Assembly (NCBI GenBank): GCA_003151615.1
Contig: PLXZ01000004.1
Location: 173,285 to 237,284 of the forward strand
DNA length: 64,000 nucleotides
Direction of reading: 5' to 3'
Source of the DNA: Candidatus Tayloriibacteriota bacterium
GTDB lineage: Bacteria; Patescibacteriota; Minisyncoccia; Phycocordibacterales; PALSA-1337
Made by a program: the position numbers and the translations under genes
In this document: in pieces, positions 19,043 through 28,534 of the stretch
How the letters are laid out: each line of letters opens with the position of its first letter
Numbering within the stretch: the stretch's first letter is position 1
Notes under the pieces: model-generated
What the model was told of the DNA's origin: nothing
Databases searched by the model: none
The model's input: only the letters and a program-made list of their open reading frames with translations

Positions 19043-19627
19043 TTAACCAACTTGTCTGATCCAATCTCGGATAAACATGCCCACTCGTTCAATATCAGTC
19101 GGTGCTAGTTCACCACTATGCATGATAATATTTCTTGATTTTTCCAAAGTTTCAATTATTTGCTTTGCCCACTCCACTTTACCAACGTGCACTTCAAAAA
19201 ATTTCCAATTTTCAGGCTTAGCCATGATAGAGATGAGGTCTCCAAATTCAGTGTAATAAATCATTGAATCACCCCTAGCGGTAAGCCAGCGAACATCTTT
19301 TTCTGACTTTTTTCTATTCTCTGCATTAGTCCTGATTTCTTTCTTTACACATAAATCCCACCAATTTTCACCTTTTTCTTCAAGAAGTTTTTTAGCAATA
19401 AACTCTCTTACTGAATTTTCAAAGGAACAGATAGCAGTATACACAACTGCCATTCGTCTCGATTTTACAACGAATTCCTCGTCCATAAGCGGAAGACCTA
19501 GTCGTTTAGATGTTTCTGCTTCCCATACTTCGGAGAAATCACCCTTTGACTTTCTACCAGCCTTATCTAAAGCCTCTTCGGTTAAAAGCCCCCTAAAGGT
19601 AAAAGAATATAATCGGTTAGAATCCAT
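19043..19627 (-). CDS. Swt1-like HEPN domain protein (putative RNase/defence)
   Basis: FENSVREFI...WW...YTEFGDL...RNIIMH (RxxxxH). Confidence 0.8.
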   Translation of the reverse strand: MDSNRLYSFTFRGLLTEEALDKAGRKSKGDFSEVWEAETSKRLGLPLMDEEFVVKSRRMAVVYTAICSFENSVREFIAKKLLEEKGENWWDLCVKKEIRTNAENRKKSEKDVRWLTARGDSMIYYTEFGDLISIMAKPENWKFFEVHVGKVEWAKQIIETLEKSRNIIMHSGELAPTDIERVGMFIRDWIRQVG

Positions 19628-19628
19628 A

Positions 19629-20279
19629 TTAAAACAGATGTTTTTTAAGGCTTTTAAATAGTGCGTCGTATACAGCGGCATCCCTTGATTCCGGTAGGTG
19701 AATTTGGATATTGTAATGCAATTCTGTCTTACGTAGTTTCCCACCGACACTATCCTCGTCTGTGTCTTCCTGTGCGGCAGGTGGAGTCTCTTTTGCGGAC
19801 TCAGGCTTTTGATTGTCATTCTTCTCTTTACCGCCCTGAACTTTTTTTGCTGTATTACTCCACTCAGCATAAGCGGCAAGAGTCACGAATGTATTAGCCA
19901 TTAAATGCAAAACCTTATCTGAAATTTTACCTTGAGTTAATGTTCTAAGTTTGTTTTTGACTTCTGACTGCGTAAGTTCGTTTGCCTTTGTGTTAACAGC
20001 GAATAAATCCCCATATGCTACAGTAATCGCATTTGCCAAGACTTGTTTAGATTGAGATTGATCTAAAAAGTTGAAATATATTTCTGTTGGTACAGCATTG
20101 GCATCTAGAAACCCCAATCCTTTAAGTAGTCCTATGTACAGACGGTCATTTGTACTTTTAAACTCAAGACTTTCTAGGAATTTCTGCGTAAAGGTCTCAG
20201 GCGCTTTCGCCGTAATTAGACTGTTAAAAAATGACTCAAGATTTTTTGTCGTAACCAAATATGAGGGTGTAAGTGCCAT
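19629..20279 (-). CDS. DUF5343-family protein
   Basis: PETFTQKFLESLEFKSTNDR...LKGLGFLD; C-terminal YNIQIHLP. Confidence 0.8.
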   Translation of the reverse strand: MALTPSYLVTTKNLESFFNSLITAKAPETFTQKFLESLEFKSTNDRLYIGLLKGLGFLDANAVPTEIYFNFLDQSQSKQVLANAITVAYGDLFAVNTKANELTQSEVKNKLRTLTQGKISDKVLHLMANTFVTLAAYAEWSNTAKKVQGGKEKNDNQKPESAKETPPAAQEDTDEDSVGGKLRKTELHYNIQIHLPESRDAAVYDALFKSLKKHLF

Positions 20280-20426
20280 AAAAGTATTGTTATTTATATA
20301 GCGGAAATATACCATGTACAAATAAAAAAACAATACGGTAAAATTAAGTCAATTTACCTTATTTTTCGCTTCTATCGCTCAAGAATAAATGGTATAATAC
20401 AGGGTAGAAAGTGAACTATCTGTCGA

Positions 20427-20665
20427 TTTTTCCTTAAATGCCGTTTCTGATAAAAATCAAATAGATTCATTATCAAAGTTTGCTAATCAAAAATTAAAAT
20501 CATCATGAAGAAAACAATCATTCTCAATAGAAGTGCTGTAACAGGAAAAATAGTTACAAAGGCGTATGCGAAGAAGCATCCGCGCACTACCGAACGAGAG
20601 GTCTACAAAGTTAAGAAATAAGTACATAAATGATATCGCTGTCGGAAACGGCATTTAGGGAAAAA
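20427..20665 (+). repeat. 26-bp inverted repeat enclosing the 38-aa ORF
   Basis: 20427-20452 pairs with 20640-20665; the three non-Watson-Crick positions are all G-U on the + transcript. Confidence 0.8.
20505..20621 (+). CDS. 38-aa basic peptide (not in the ORF track)
   Basis: MKKTIILNRSAVTGKIVTKAYAKKHPRTTEREVYKVKK; TGnTATAAT at 20390-20398. Confidence 0.65.
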   Translation: MKKTIILNRSAVTGKIVTKAYAKKHPRTTEREVYKVKK

Positions 20666-20724
20666 TAACATAAAGACATACTTTCCATTAGGCTTTTGCA
20701 GAGGAATGCCAGCACGAGCGATTT

Positions 20725-21249
20725 CTACGCGTTGAGCGCAGTATTTGCGTAGTAGTTTAAGTCTTCTAGCGTAATACCTGCTCGCCGTATGATTAGATAC
20801 TTGTCCTCTGATGAAAAATAGGTCTTCCGAAGCATTCTTGAAAACGTCCGTGCCTTGTATGTCGGTGCTTCATATTTCAGTCGGCAACAGACACGACAGA
20901 GGGGTGATTCAAGAGTGCTGTATTCGTAGAGGTGCTTTGCTCGTCTTTCACAACCATTGCAGATAAAGTAAAAAATGAAGCCACGCCTTAGGTTTGAGGG
21001 TACGTAGTCCACTTTTTGTTCGTTCCAATATGGAATGCCGTCATTGAAAACAGCTATTGATTTAAATGTCGTATATCGTGGATTGTTCAATAGCCCTTTC
21101 ATATACGAAACTTCGCCCTCATGGTTTGTGTTGAGTATACGACCTTCTTTTTCTCTGATGTTTATTTTGAAGTTTCTTACATAGTCGCCAATAGTGAAGC
21201 GCAGATATCCGCTACTGTTAAATATTTTTTTGTGTTGAGAGATCCTCAT
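20725..21249 (-). CDS. Zinc-finger protein, homologous to 42665-42997
   Basis: YFICNGCERRAKHLY...CRVCCRLKY. Confidence 0.65.
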   Translation of the reverse strand: MRISQHKKIFNSSGYLRFTIGDYVRNFKINIREKEGRILNTNHEGEVSYMKGLLNNPRYTTFKSIAVFNDGIPYWNEQKVDYVPSNLRRGFIFYFICNGCERRAKHLYEYSTLESPLCRVCCRLKYEAPTYKARTFSRMLRKTYFSSEDKYLIIRRAGITLEDLNYYANTALNA

Positions 21250-21316
21250 AATCGTTAATGAACGCTAATGAGTTTAATATTATTCGGATCTGATTTTTTA
21301 CACAACCGACAGGAAG

Positions 21317-22060
21317 TTAGTATATGTTTGAAGGAAAAACACCCGTATACTGATTACCAAAATCATCAACGCAAGTAACCTTAAAATCATATAATGAGCC
21401 AGCTATGTCCACACCTTCACCGTTGGGACTGGTTCCAAAAGTGATAGTATGTTTTTCTGTGGCGGTGTTCGCATAGGTAGTTTGGCTATAAGGCACATCT
21501 GCGCTACCACCAGCCCATGTCCATGTGCATGTTGAGGTGTTTCCGCTCGGTATTGATAGAGAAAAGCCATACTGGCCGTTATAAAATTCCGATACTTGTA
21601 CAGTCGTCGCATTAACTTTTGTATTAGGCTGAACGTCAGTAACAGGATTGTCCGTAGCTGTATTTGAATTCGTAATCGGTGACGGAGAATAATTTTCGGA
21701 GTTAACGATAGAAATTGTTAAAACTATAAGGGCAAATACTCCCCAGAAAATGTATACGGGTCTGAATCTATTTTTCTGTCGGACGACTGTAGCATAAGGT
21801 TTTGATGATTGATTGTCATCATCTGTATCGAAATCTTCTTGCTGTGTAGTGTTAAATGTCTGGTCATAGTGTGTTTTGCTTTTTTCATTAGAAAGTACGC
21901 GGTATGCTTCGTTGACCTCTTTGAATCTTTTTTCGTTACCATTATTTGTGTCAGGGTGATATTGGAGCGCGAGTATCCGATAGGCTCTTTTTATATCTTC
22001 AGTGGAAGCGTCACGAGGAATTCCTAGAATTTCGTAGTAGTCTTTTTTCATGGTTTTCAA
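21317..22060 (-). CDS. Membrane-anchored DnaJ (J-domain) protein
   Basis: DYYEILG...HPD motif...EAYRVLS; one TM helix. Confidence 0.85.
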   Translation of the reverse strand: MKTMKKDYYEILGIPRDASTEDIKRAYRILALQYHPDTNNGNEKRFKEVNEAYRVLSNEKSKTHYDQTFNTTQQEDFDTDDDNQSSKPYATVVRQKNRFRPVYIFWGVFALIVLTISIVNSENYSPSPITNSNTATDNPVTDVQPNTKVNATTVQVSEFYNGQYGFSLSIPSGNTSTCTWTWAGGSADVPYSQTTYANTATEKHTITFGTSPNGEGVDIAGSLYDFKVTCVDDFGNQYTGVFPSNIY

Positions 22061-23058
22061 TTACCGAACATATATGATAATTGGTACTGATCTGCGATTT
22101 CTCCTGCTGAATTGATTTGTCCCAGAATACACCCGTTTGTTAGTGAAACAGCCGTACTACCTTGCATACCGTTTGGTATTGCTATGTTGGTTGAATCATA
22201 ATATCCTGACGCACTTGTGATATTGCCAGTAAGCATTAGACTGGTTGAATTTGGTGGCCAGCCAACAACCACTACGGAATCACCGACTGAGCCGCGTGTT
22301 GAGCAATAGTTTTGTAGATTTGTCGTAAGGGCATGAGTTGCGAGGTAATTATTTGATGTATCAATCATGATTTGTGCAAAATCAATACCCGCATTACTGA
22401 CGAGATTTATTATTTGACTTTGACCGATGTCAGAACCGACGGTAAAGGTTGATAGGCCTCCTCCATAAAGTGAAGCTCCTGCTGGGAAAGAAACAGTACA
22501 CGAGCCAGGCAGTATTTGATAACCAGCATAAGACGTATTTGTTACTGCTCCTAGAACTGTATTTATAAAGTAATTTCCACCTGTATACTGGCCAAGAAGA
22601 CCATTTCCGCTTTCTGAAAAAAGAACGTTGCCATAACGGTTATAGTAATTGCAAGTAAAGAAAGCGAGTTCTGGGGAGAGTTTGGTAGCGAGTATATTCG
22701 CAGAATAATTATTTTGTGGCTGAACAGAATTTGTTGATGGTAGAATTGCGTTTGTTGTATTTTTAGGAGTATTAACTTGACCAGTTAAATCAGCGTTGAT
22801 TGCGGTGCGTGTTAAAGAGCCGACATATCCCGTTGGCGATATACTATTTGCAGACTGGAAATTTTCTACAGCCTGTTGCGTCAATGAGTAGAAATTTCCT
22901 GTTGCCGAGCCTTGAAGGTATCCGTTACTAATCAAAAACTGTTGAAGTTCAGTTACTTGTTCTCCAGTTGAACCATAGCTTAAATTAGAGTTGATTGAGG
23001 CATATGACACAAGAGGAGCGGCGAGAAATATGACTGTTCCTATTATTATTTTTTTCAT
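22057..23058 (-). CDS. Secreted protein: peptidoglycan-binding domain + degenerate trypsin-like domain
   Basis: [17 protein letters not shown]...AVENFQ...TGYVGSLTR; [11 protein letters not shown]...GMQGS. Confidence 0.7.
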   Translation of the reverse strand: MKKIIIGTVIFLAAPLVSYASINSNLSYGSTGEQVTELQQFLISNGYLQGSATGNFYSLTQQAVENFQSANSISPTGYVGSLTRTAINADLTGQVNTPKNTTNAILPSTNSVQPQNNYSANILATKLSPELAFFTCNYYNRYGNVLFSESGNGLLGQYTGGNYFINTVLGAVTNTSYAGYQILPGSCTVSFPAGASLYGGGLSTFTVGSDIGQSQIINLVSNAGIDFAQIMIDTSNNYLATHALTTNLQNYCSTRGSVGDSVVVVGWPPNSTSLMLTGNITSASGYYDSTNIAIPNGMQGSTAVSLTNGCILGQINSAGEIADQYQLSYMFGN

Positions 23059-23060
23059 AT

Positions 23061-23792
23061 TTATTGCGATATATTCATCGTATTAGTAACTGCACCCAAA
23101 GATTGAAGTTGTCCCTCAAGTGCGTTTCGATACGCTGTTATGGTGCTATGAAGCGTTGATGTTGAAGTCGTTGGTTGTAGGCCAGCGGTAGCTGTTACAT
23201 ACCACTCTCCGAGCGTATTAGGAAAAAGAGGCGTGCCGTCTAATCTCATGGAGCTATTGAGAACAGAAAGAAGTGTTGTGGTTCCGGTGAGGCCATTAAC
23301 TGCAGTATTGTTACCATTAAATTGCAGAGGCGCATTGTCTATATCGAAATCAATCTGTGTGAGGGCGGCTAATTCTTCGTTGATGCCCTGAATCTTTGCG
23401 TTATTTGTTGCGCTTGCCGTGGTAGCTGACTGTGTATTCGTGCTAGCGGAGCTTAATTGCCCTTGGCATAAGGCGTACTGCGTTTGCGCCTTTGCAAGCT
23501 GTTGCGTAAGGCTTGTTATGTCCGCTTCTTCCGTCGGATCCTTAACCGTCTGCGTCGTCGTTTTCGTTATGACTGTAGGAGTTTGCGATGTCGTGCTTGC
23601 AAGTTCGACCTGTAGCTGTGATATTTCAGTGTTCTGCTGATTGATTGTTTCGGTAAGGGCCACTGTTTCCGATGATGAAGCGGTTACTGAAACGGAGCTT
23701 TGACTAAACCATGTCGTTGGATTCCACCAAGCGGCGAAAGCGATTGACGGAATGAATGCTAGGCCTATGGGTGCGATAAAATATTTTTTCAT
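23061..23792 (-). CDS. Secreted coiled-coil hypothetical protein
   Basis: Signal peptide followed by AWWNPTTWF. Confidence 0.65.
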   Translation of the reverse strand: MKKYFIAPIGLAFIPSIAFAAWWNPTTWFSQSSVSVTASSSETVALTETINQQNTEISQLQVELASTTSQTPTVITKTTTQTVKDPTEEADITSLTQQLAKAQTQYALCQGQLSSASTNTQSATTASATNNAKIQGINEELAALTQIDFDIDNAPLQFNGNNTAVNGLTGTTTLLSVLNSSMRLDGTPLFPNTLGEWYVTATAGLQPTTSTSTLHSTITAYRNALEGQLQSLGAVTNTMNISQ

Positions 23793-23863
23793 TTGATTTT
23801 TTATTATTAAATTTCAACCGACGTTATCCTTATATTAAATACTACGCTTCAAAAAATAAACCT

Positions 23864-24433
23864 CTACGTCGGCAAGGTCTTGTTTTTTGAAAGCCAATTT
23901 TCCATACGATTTTCAAATGTCATAAGCTCCCACTGGGCTAAACTCGCGTTCTCATTTTTCGCTTTCTTCTTGCAAATATCCATGGCCTTTATGTACTCTT
24001 TTTCTGTAAATTCACCTTTTGTCCATTTTGGGCCTTCCCAAGCAATTTTATTTAGAATAATTGAATCTATCACGCAGTGCAGAGGTTCATCTTTTTTGAA
24101 ATTAAACACCCATAGGTATTTAAGATAGAGATTGAGAAGTTTTTGTACTCTGCCGAAAGTGATTTTGTTGTTATTCAAAATGTCGATATATACCGATTTG
24201 TTTATTTTTTGTTGAAAGTCATTGAGGAGTTCAATATACTCTTCGTCCGTATTAGGAATTTTTTCTGAAAATTTTTCAAGCTGTTCCGATAAATAATCTC
24301 TAAATTTCATCCGCTTATTTGGGTCGGCGTTCAGTTTGTAAGTGGAGTAGCCTCTTATTAACGCCGCTTGGAAAACCAAAGAAGAGATTTCTTTTTTGGC
24401 GAATTCTATTTTTTTGAATTCTATTGATTGCAT
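23864..24433 (-). CDS. Hypothetical protein
   Basis: FGRVQKLLNLYLKYLW...HCVIDS; start immediately after the structured RNA. Confidence 0.6.
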   Translation of the reverse strand: MQSIEFKKIEFAKKEISSLVFQAALIRGYSTYKLNADPNKRMKFRDYLSEQLEKFSEKIPNTDEEYIELLNDFQQKINKSVYIDILNNNKITFGRVQKLLNLYLKYLWVFNFKKDEPLHCVIDSIILNKIAWEGPKWTKGEFTEKEYIKAMDICKKKAKNENASLAQWELMTFENRMENWLSKNKTLPT

Positions 24434-24434
24434 A

Positions 24435-24579
24435 CAAAAAGCCCACCACAGGTAGAGGCCTAAGCCTCTCATATCAGTTTCCCAATATGGCGAGTTAAGC
24501 GACCCTATGATGGGTTTTTTATGCTTAACTCGACTTTCTTCACCATGCCATTGGATTACTCAAATGGTTTAGGCTACTT
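24435..24579 (-). ncRNA. Unrecognised structured RNA, copy 1
   Basis: Homologous to 38432-38577 with compensatory changes in several stems; upstream promoter and terminal U-tract. Confidence 0.75.
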
Positions 24580-24752
24580 CTAACATATTCAGTTGTGGCC
24601 TAATCATACAATAAACGCCAATATCTGCAATGGTGATTAAATCAGAGCAAGCGCAGGACAAAGTTCTTTTTGTGAGGTAGTATATTTCTATGCGGACACA
24701 GGTTTACAGCTGTTAGAGCCGAGTTTTAAGCGAAAGAGCCACCTATAAAGAT

Positions 24753-25343
24753 ATGAAAAAGTTATCAAATAAACCCATTTCGGATCCGTCGCACGACACG
24801 GAGAAAAAAGATAACAAAATTGAAGCGGTGGTTTTAATTGCCTACGTACGTGAGACATATGGGGAACCAAGGCTTGCTCTTTATGTATTAAACTCAATTA
24901 TCGGTAAACGTATTAAGAAATTTACTAAAGAGAAGTGGGGTATAGCGAAATTTATCGCAGAAAGAACTTCCTATATTTCTGTCGAAGAAGATTATGATGT
25001 TGATGTTGAAAAAGGGGATTGGGGTCTTCCAGTAATGATGGGCGCGGCACGACCGATAAATGTTGATATTCTAGATAAAAATAATTTATCATTGCTTAGA
25101 CAGGAAGTTAAGACTTTTTTTGACAACATATCAAATTTTGTTTCAAGCACTAATAGACCAAGATGGGTTTGCCAAAAATGTGGCAGATTTTTAGGAAAAG
25201 AACTTTCGTCTGCTAGCGAAGTGAAAAAATTATTGAGGGATTTTAGTATGGGAAAATATCACAAGTGTCGTTCATGTCCAACAAATAATTACTTCACTTT
25301 CAATTCTGACGGTATCGTTTTCCACAGTAAACCGATTGACTAA
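24753..25343 (+). CDS. Hypothetical protein with C-terminal zinc ribbon
   Basis: CQKC...CRSC. Confidence 0.6.
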   Translation: MKKLSNKPISDPSHDTEKKDNKIEAVVLIAYVRETYGEPRLALYVLNSIIGKRIKKFTKEKWGIAKFIAERTSYISVEEDYDVDVEKGDWGLPVMMGAARPINVDILDKNNLSLLRQEVKTFFDNISNFVSSTNRPRWVCQKCGRFLGKELSSASEVKKLLRDFSMGKYHKCRSCPTNNYFTFNSDGIVFHSKPID

Positions 25344-25723
25344 TACGGTATTTCGTGTATAGTAGCACCAGCTCATTAACGTCTGAAATATCTGAAGGCA
25401 CGGGATGTGTCCGTAGGAAATTGTATCTGTTTTGCAGGTAACTCACAGAGGTGGGCTGTAGAAGCCAGAACAATGAATAGCAGTCTTGACGACTGGTGTT
25501 TATTGTTTTGGCTTTTTTCGTTCCAAAAAACGAATTATCAAAAATAAACTACGGACTTTTCTGAGCTTTAACAGCTTTAGAAAACTACAATTACAAAAGA
25601 AGAAAATAACAAGCCCACCCAAGATGCGGCTCGTCAGTTTGCATCTCTGATAGTGGCACTCATTCAGGAAATTAGCTTCAGCGAAAAAATAGAAAAATCG
25701 GACGTTAGAAATTAAAAAATCCC

Positions 25724-26203
25724 ATGAATCCAACAAACATTGAAAGTAAAATAGAACAGCCTCAAAAATCAAAAATTATAAGTTCTCCACAATTATCGAA
25801 TCAAATGCCAGCCATAAAAGAAAGCGACATCGGTTGGCTTGAACACATGGACATTGACGTCATGCACTTCAGCTTTCTCTCGGGCGTCGGAAGCCATTTC
25901 GGACTTAAAACCCTCGACGTCGCGATTATTTGTTGCATTTGGATTTTTTCCAAACGTAAAGGGTTCTGTTACTTGAGTAAGGAGAGAATGGCCGTCTTAG
26001 TCTGCACGAATCCAGTGAGCCTCTATCAGCATCTTGGAAGTCTTAAAAAAAAGCAATATATTGAGCAATCAGAAAAAACAATGGGCAGAGTCACTTTGTT
26101 ACGCCTATCTCCTGAAGTCCAAGATTACGTAAACCGCACAAAATCGGAAATCGACAAACGAAGAGAACGGAACAAAAAATCGAGCAAAAATAATGGGTAC
26201 TAA
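25724..26203 (+). CDS. Winged-HTH protein, replication-initiator N-terminal-like
   Basis: GFCYLSKERMA...SLYQHLGSLKKKQYI; direct repeats at its 3' end. Confidence 0.55.
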   Translation: MNPTNIESKIEQPQKSKIISSPQLSNQMPAIKESDIGWLEHMDIDVMHFSFLSGVGSHFGLKTLDVAIICCIWIFSKRKGFCYLSKERMAVLVCTNPVSLYQHLGSLKKKQYIEQSEKTMGRVTLLRLSPEVQDYVNRTKSEIDKRRERNKKSSKNNGY

Positions 26204-26433
26204 AGAATCCGTGGGAGTAATACTAAAGAATCTTTAGACCATAATGAATCCCATATTGAATTAAATAATAATTATTGTATCAACCCTCAAATGCGGATCC
26301 GAATGCGATAAAAATGCTCCCCTAAATGCATGAATTCAATCACGGATCCGTTCCGTCGGTGCGCATAAGTCTGGTTGATTTACCTCTCGACAGTTTATAA
26401 AATAAAAACATCAATATTATCTACTGTAAAGAG

Positions 26434-26622
26434 ATGTATCAAAAACCCATAGCCAAAATCAACGAGATAAAAGCCTTGCTCAAAGCAGGTCAAATCTCAT
26501 TCGATGAGGCCAAGGCGTTAGCGTCTCCGCTCATTAAGGAAATGGAAGCCTCTGCGGAAAAGGTTGCGAAGAAATTTCGCCGACCTGCTCCAAAGTTCAG
26601 CTTCACTGCTTTAATGAGATGA
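26434..26622 (+). CDS. Small hypothetical protein
   Basis: 62 aa, translationally coupled to the next gene. Confidence 0.55.
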   Translation: MYQKPIAKINEIKALLKAGQISFDEAKALASPLIKEMEASAEKVAKKFRRPAPKFSFTALMR

Positions 26623-26822
26623 AAAAATCTATCAAAAAGTACGAAGTCTCATTAACAGAAATTAAGCACGGACATGTCGTCGTCGAAGCTAAAAGCTACG
26701 ACGAGGCTACCCGAATAGCATTACAAAATTACCACCAAGGCGAAGTAACTATGGGCGATACGCCCGACATTGAAACGAAAGCGGTCAAAGAAATACCGCC
26801 CATAGGATTTTTGCCTCACTAA
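26619..26822 (+). CDS. DpnD/PcfM-like small protein
   Basis: KKYEVSLTE...VVVEAKSYDEA...Y..GE. Confidence 0.6.
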   Translation: MKKSIKKYEVSLTEIKHGHVVVEAKSYDEATRIALQNYHQGEVTMGDTPDIETKAVKEIPPIGFLPH

Positions 26823-26837
26823 AAAATATATAAAATT

Positions 26838-28457
26838 ATGAAAAAGAAGCAAGTAAATGAAAAACCATTAGAAGACATAAAATACGCCGCCAGTTATATC
26901 AGAGTGTCGACCCAAGACCAGCTCAACGGGCTTTCAATTGAGGTTCAAGAAAAACTGTGCCAACGAAGAGCCGAAGAAGCAGGGTACAAAGTATCTGAAG
27001 TCCTTGACGACGGAGGTATTAGCGGACACAACGACAATCGCCCAGGATTGCACCGCTTGAAAGAATTGATTACGACAAAAAAGATAACGGCTATAGTCGC
27101 TCTATCGTCCGAACGCCTTTTCCGCAACACCCGCTCGCATCTCGACTTTATGGAGTGCGTCTTTACTTACGGTGTTCATCTCCTTTACGTCAATGGGGCA
27201 ACACCTGAAAACAACGCAAGTTCAAGGATGCAGGACACAGTTCTTGCAAGTATGAATCAGTTTTATAGAGATCAAATATCTGACAAAGTGAAAGGTGTCC
27301 TCTATGAAAAGGCCAAAATGGGCTATTACCCCTCTCGACCTCCAGCAGGATATATGAATGTTCCAAACCCAGACAAGAATGCAGAACGCATGGCGCAAAA
27401 GCTCGTAGTGCCAGACCCAAACACAGCTCCATTCATCAAAGAAATGTTTACGCTCTACGCCACAGGAAATTTCAACGTCTACGACCTTTGCGACATTATG
27501 TACGAAAAGGGCTTGCGAAGCAGAAAGGATGGCAAAATATCGCCAAGTAGACTTCACGATATGCTGAGAAGCCGTTTTTACATCGGTGAGCTTGTATGGG
27601 GGCCAATCAGCAACATAGAGGGGAAACACGAGCCTATCATTGATGAAGCGGCCTTTAATCAAGTGCAAATGATTTTAACAGCACGCAATCACCACGCCTG
27701 TCGGCGGCGGAAATACCAATGGCTTTTAAACGGCTATCTCTACTGCTACAAGCACGACAACCGTTATACGGCCGAATGGCACACAATCGGAAATAGACGC
27801 ATTGCATATTACCATTGCGCCAACAAAAGCGGTTGCGGCAAGTATTCCGAACAAGTAGACCTAGAAGCTAAAGTTGCCGAAAAATTCAAGGACTTGGAGT
27901 TTAGTCCTGCGTTTATTAAAGAGGTGATCGCCGAAGCAAAGGCGACATTCAACGAACAGCGAAAGGGCTACGACAAAAAGAAACAAGGCCTCATCAATCA
28001 GCGTACCGCTTTCGACCGACGGCGCAAGGTTATGGAAGACAAACTTTTCGACGGCGTAATCGGCGATGACGACTTCAAAAAGAACCGAGCCGAAGTTATG
28101 GCTGAAATACAACGGATTGAGGTGAAGCTATCGGACTTGGAAAAAAGCAGGGAGGTCAGAGTTGATGAAGCGGAGCAGATACTTCGTTTTACGAAGAATA
28201 TTTACGACGCATATCAAAAGGCATCGCCAGATCTCAAGCGGCACTATTTAGGCTTCTTTTGGTCACGCTTTGAGGTAAGTGATAAGGTTATAATAACGTC
28301 TACTCCCTCGCTTCTTTTCGCTGAACTTTTGAAGCTAAAACACGCTATTTTTAGAAGGTCAGAAACGCAAAAACACAAAGGACTGAATAGATCTAACAAA
28401 GTTATATTAGGAGGTCTACGGCTCCGCATGTTGAACGAAGTCAGAACCTGCATTTAG
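26838..28457 (+). CDS. Large serine recombinase LSR1
   Basis: YIRVSTQDQ catalytic Ser; ERLFRN; recombinase domain (HEPIID); zinc ribbon + coiled coil; last 11 aa encoded at and beyond the core at 28421. Confidence 0.95.
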   Translation: MKKKQVNEKPLEDIKYAASYIRVSTQDQLNGLSIEVQEKLCQRRAEEAGYKVSEVLDDGGISGHNDNRPGLHRLKELITTKKITAIVALSSERLFRNTRSHLDFMECVFTYGVHLLYVNGATPENNASSRMQDTVLASMNQFYRDQISDKVKGVLYEKAKMGYYPSRPPAGYMNVPNPDKNAERMAQKLVVPDPNTAPFIKEMFTLYATGNFNVYDLCDIMYEKGLRSRKDGKISPSRLHDMLRSRFYIGELVWGPISNIEGKHEPIIDEAAFNQVQMILTARNHHACRRRKYQWLLNGYLYCYKHDNRYTAEWHTIGNRRIAYYHCANKSGCGKYSEQVDLEAKVAEKFKDLEFSPAFIKEVIAEAKATFNEQRKGYDKKKQGLINQRTAFDRRRKVMEDKLFDGVIGDDDFKKNRAEVMAEIQRIEVKLSDLEKSREVRVDEAEQILRFTKNIYDAYQKASPDLKRHYLGFFWSRFEVSDKVIITSTPSLLFAELLKLKHAIFRRSETQKHKGLNRSNKVILGGLRLRMLNEVRTCI

Positions 28458-28458
28458 A
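28421..28458 (+). repeat. att junction J9, right arm A (supplies the LSR1 C-terminus LRMLNEVRTCI*)
   Basis: gctcc-gcatgttgaacgaagtcagaacctgcatttaga. Confidence 0.85.
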
Positions 28459-28534
28459 CCTAAGATCAGCTTTCTAGGAGGCCTTTCCACAGATCCGAGT
28501 ACCGCATATTGGTTATCTCTGTTAAAATACTGGT

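Larger units (their letters stand above)
19001..28420. mobile_element. Integrated element 1 carrying serine recombinase LSR1
   Basis: Bounded by J8 and J9; the LSR at its right end reads through the core. Confidence 0.75.
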
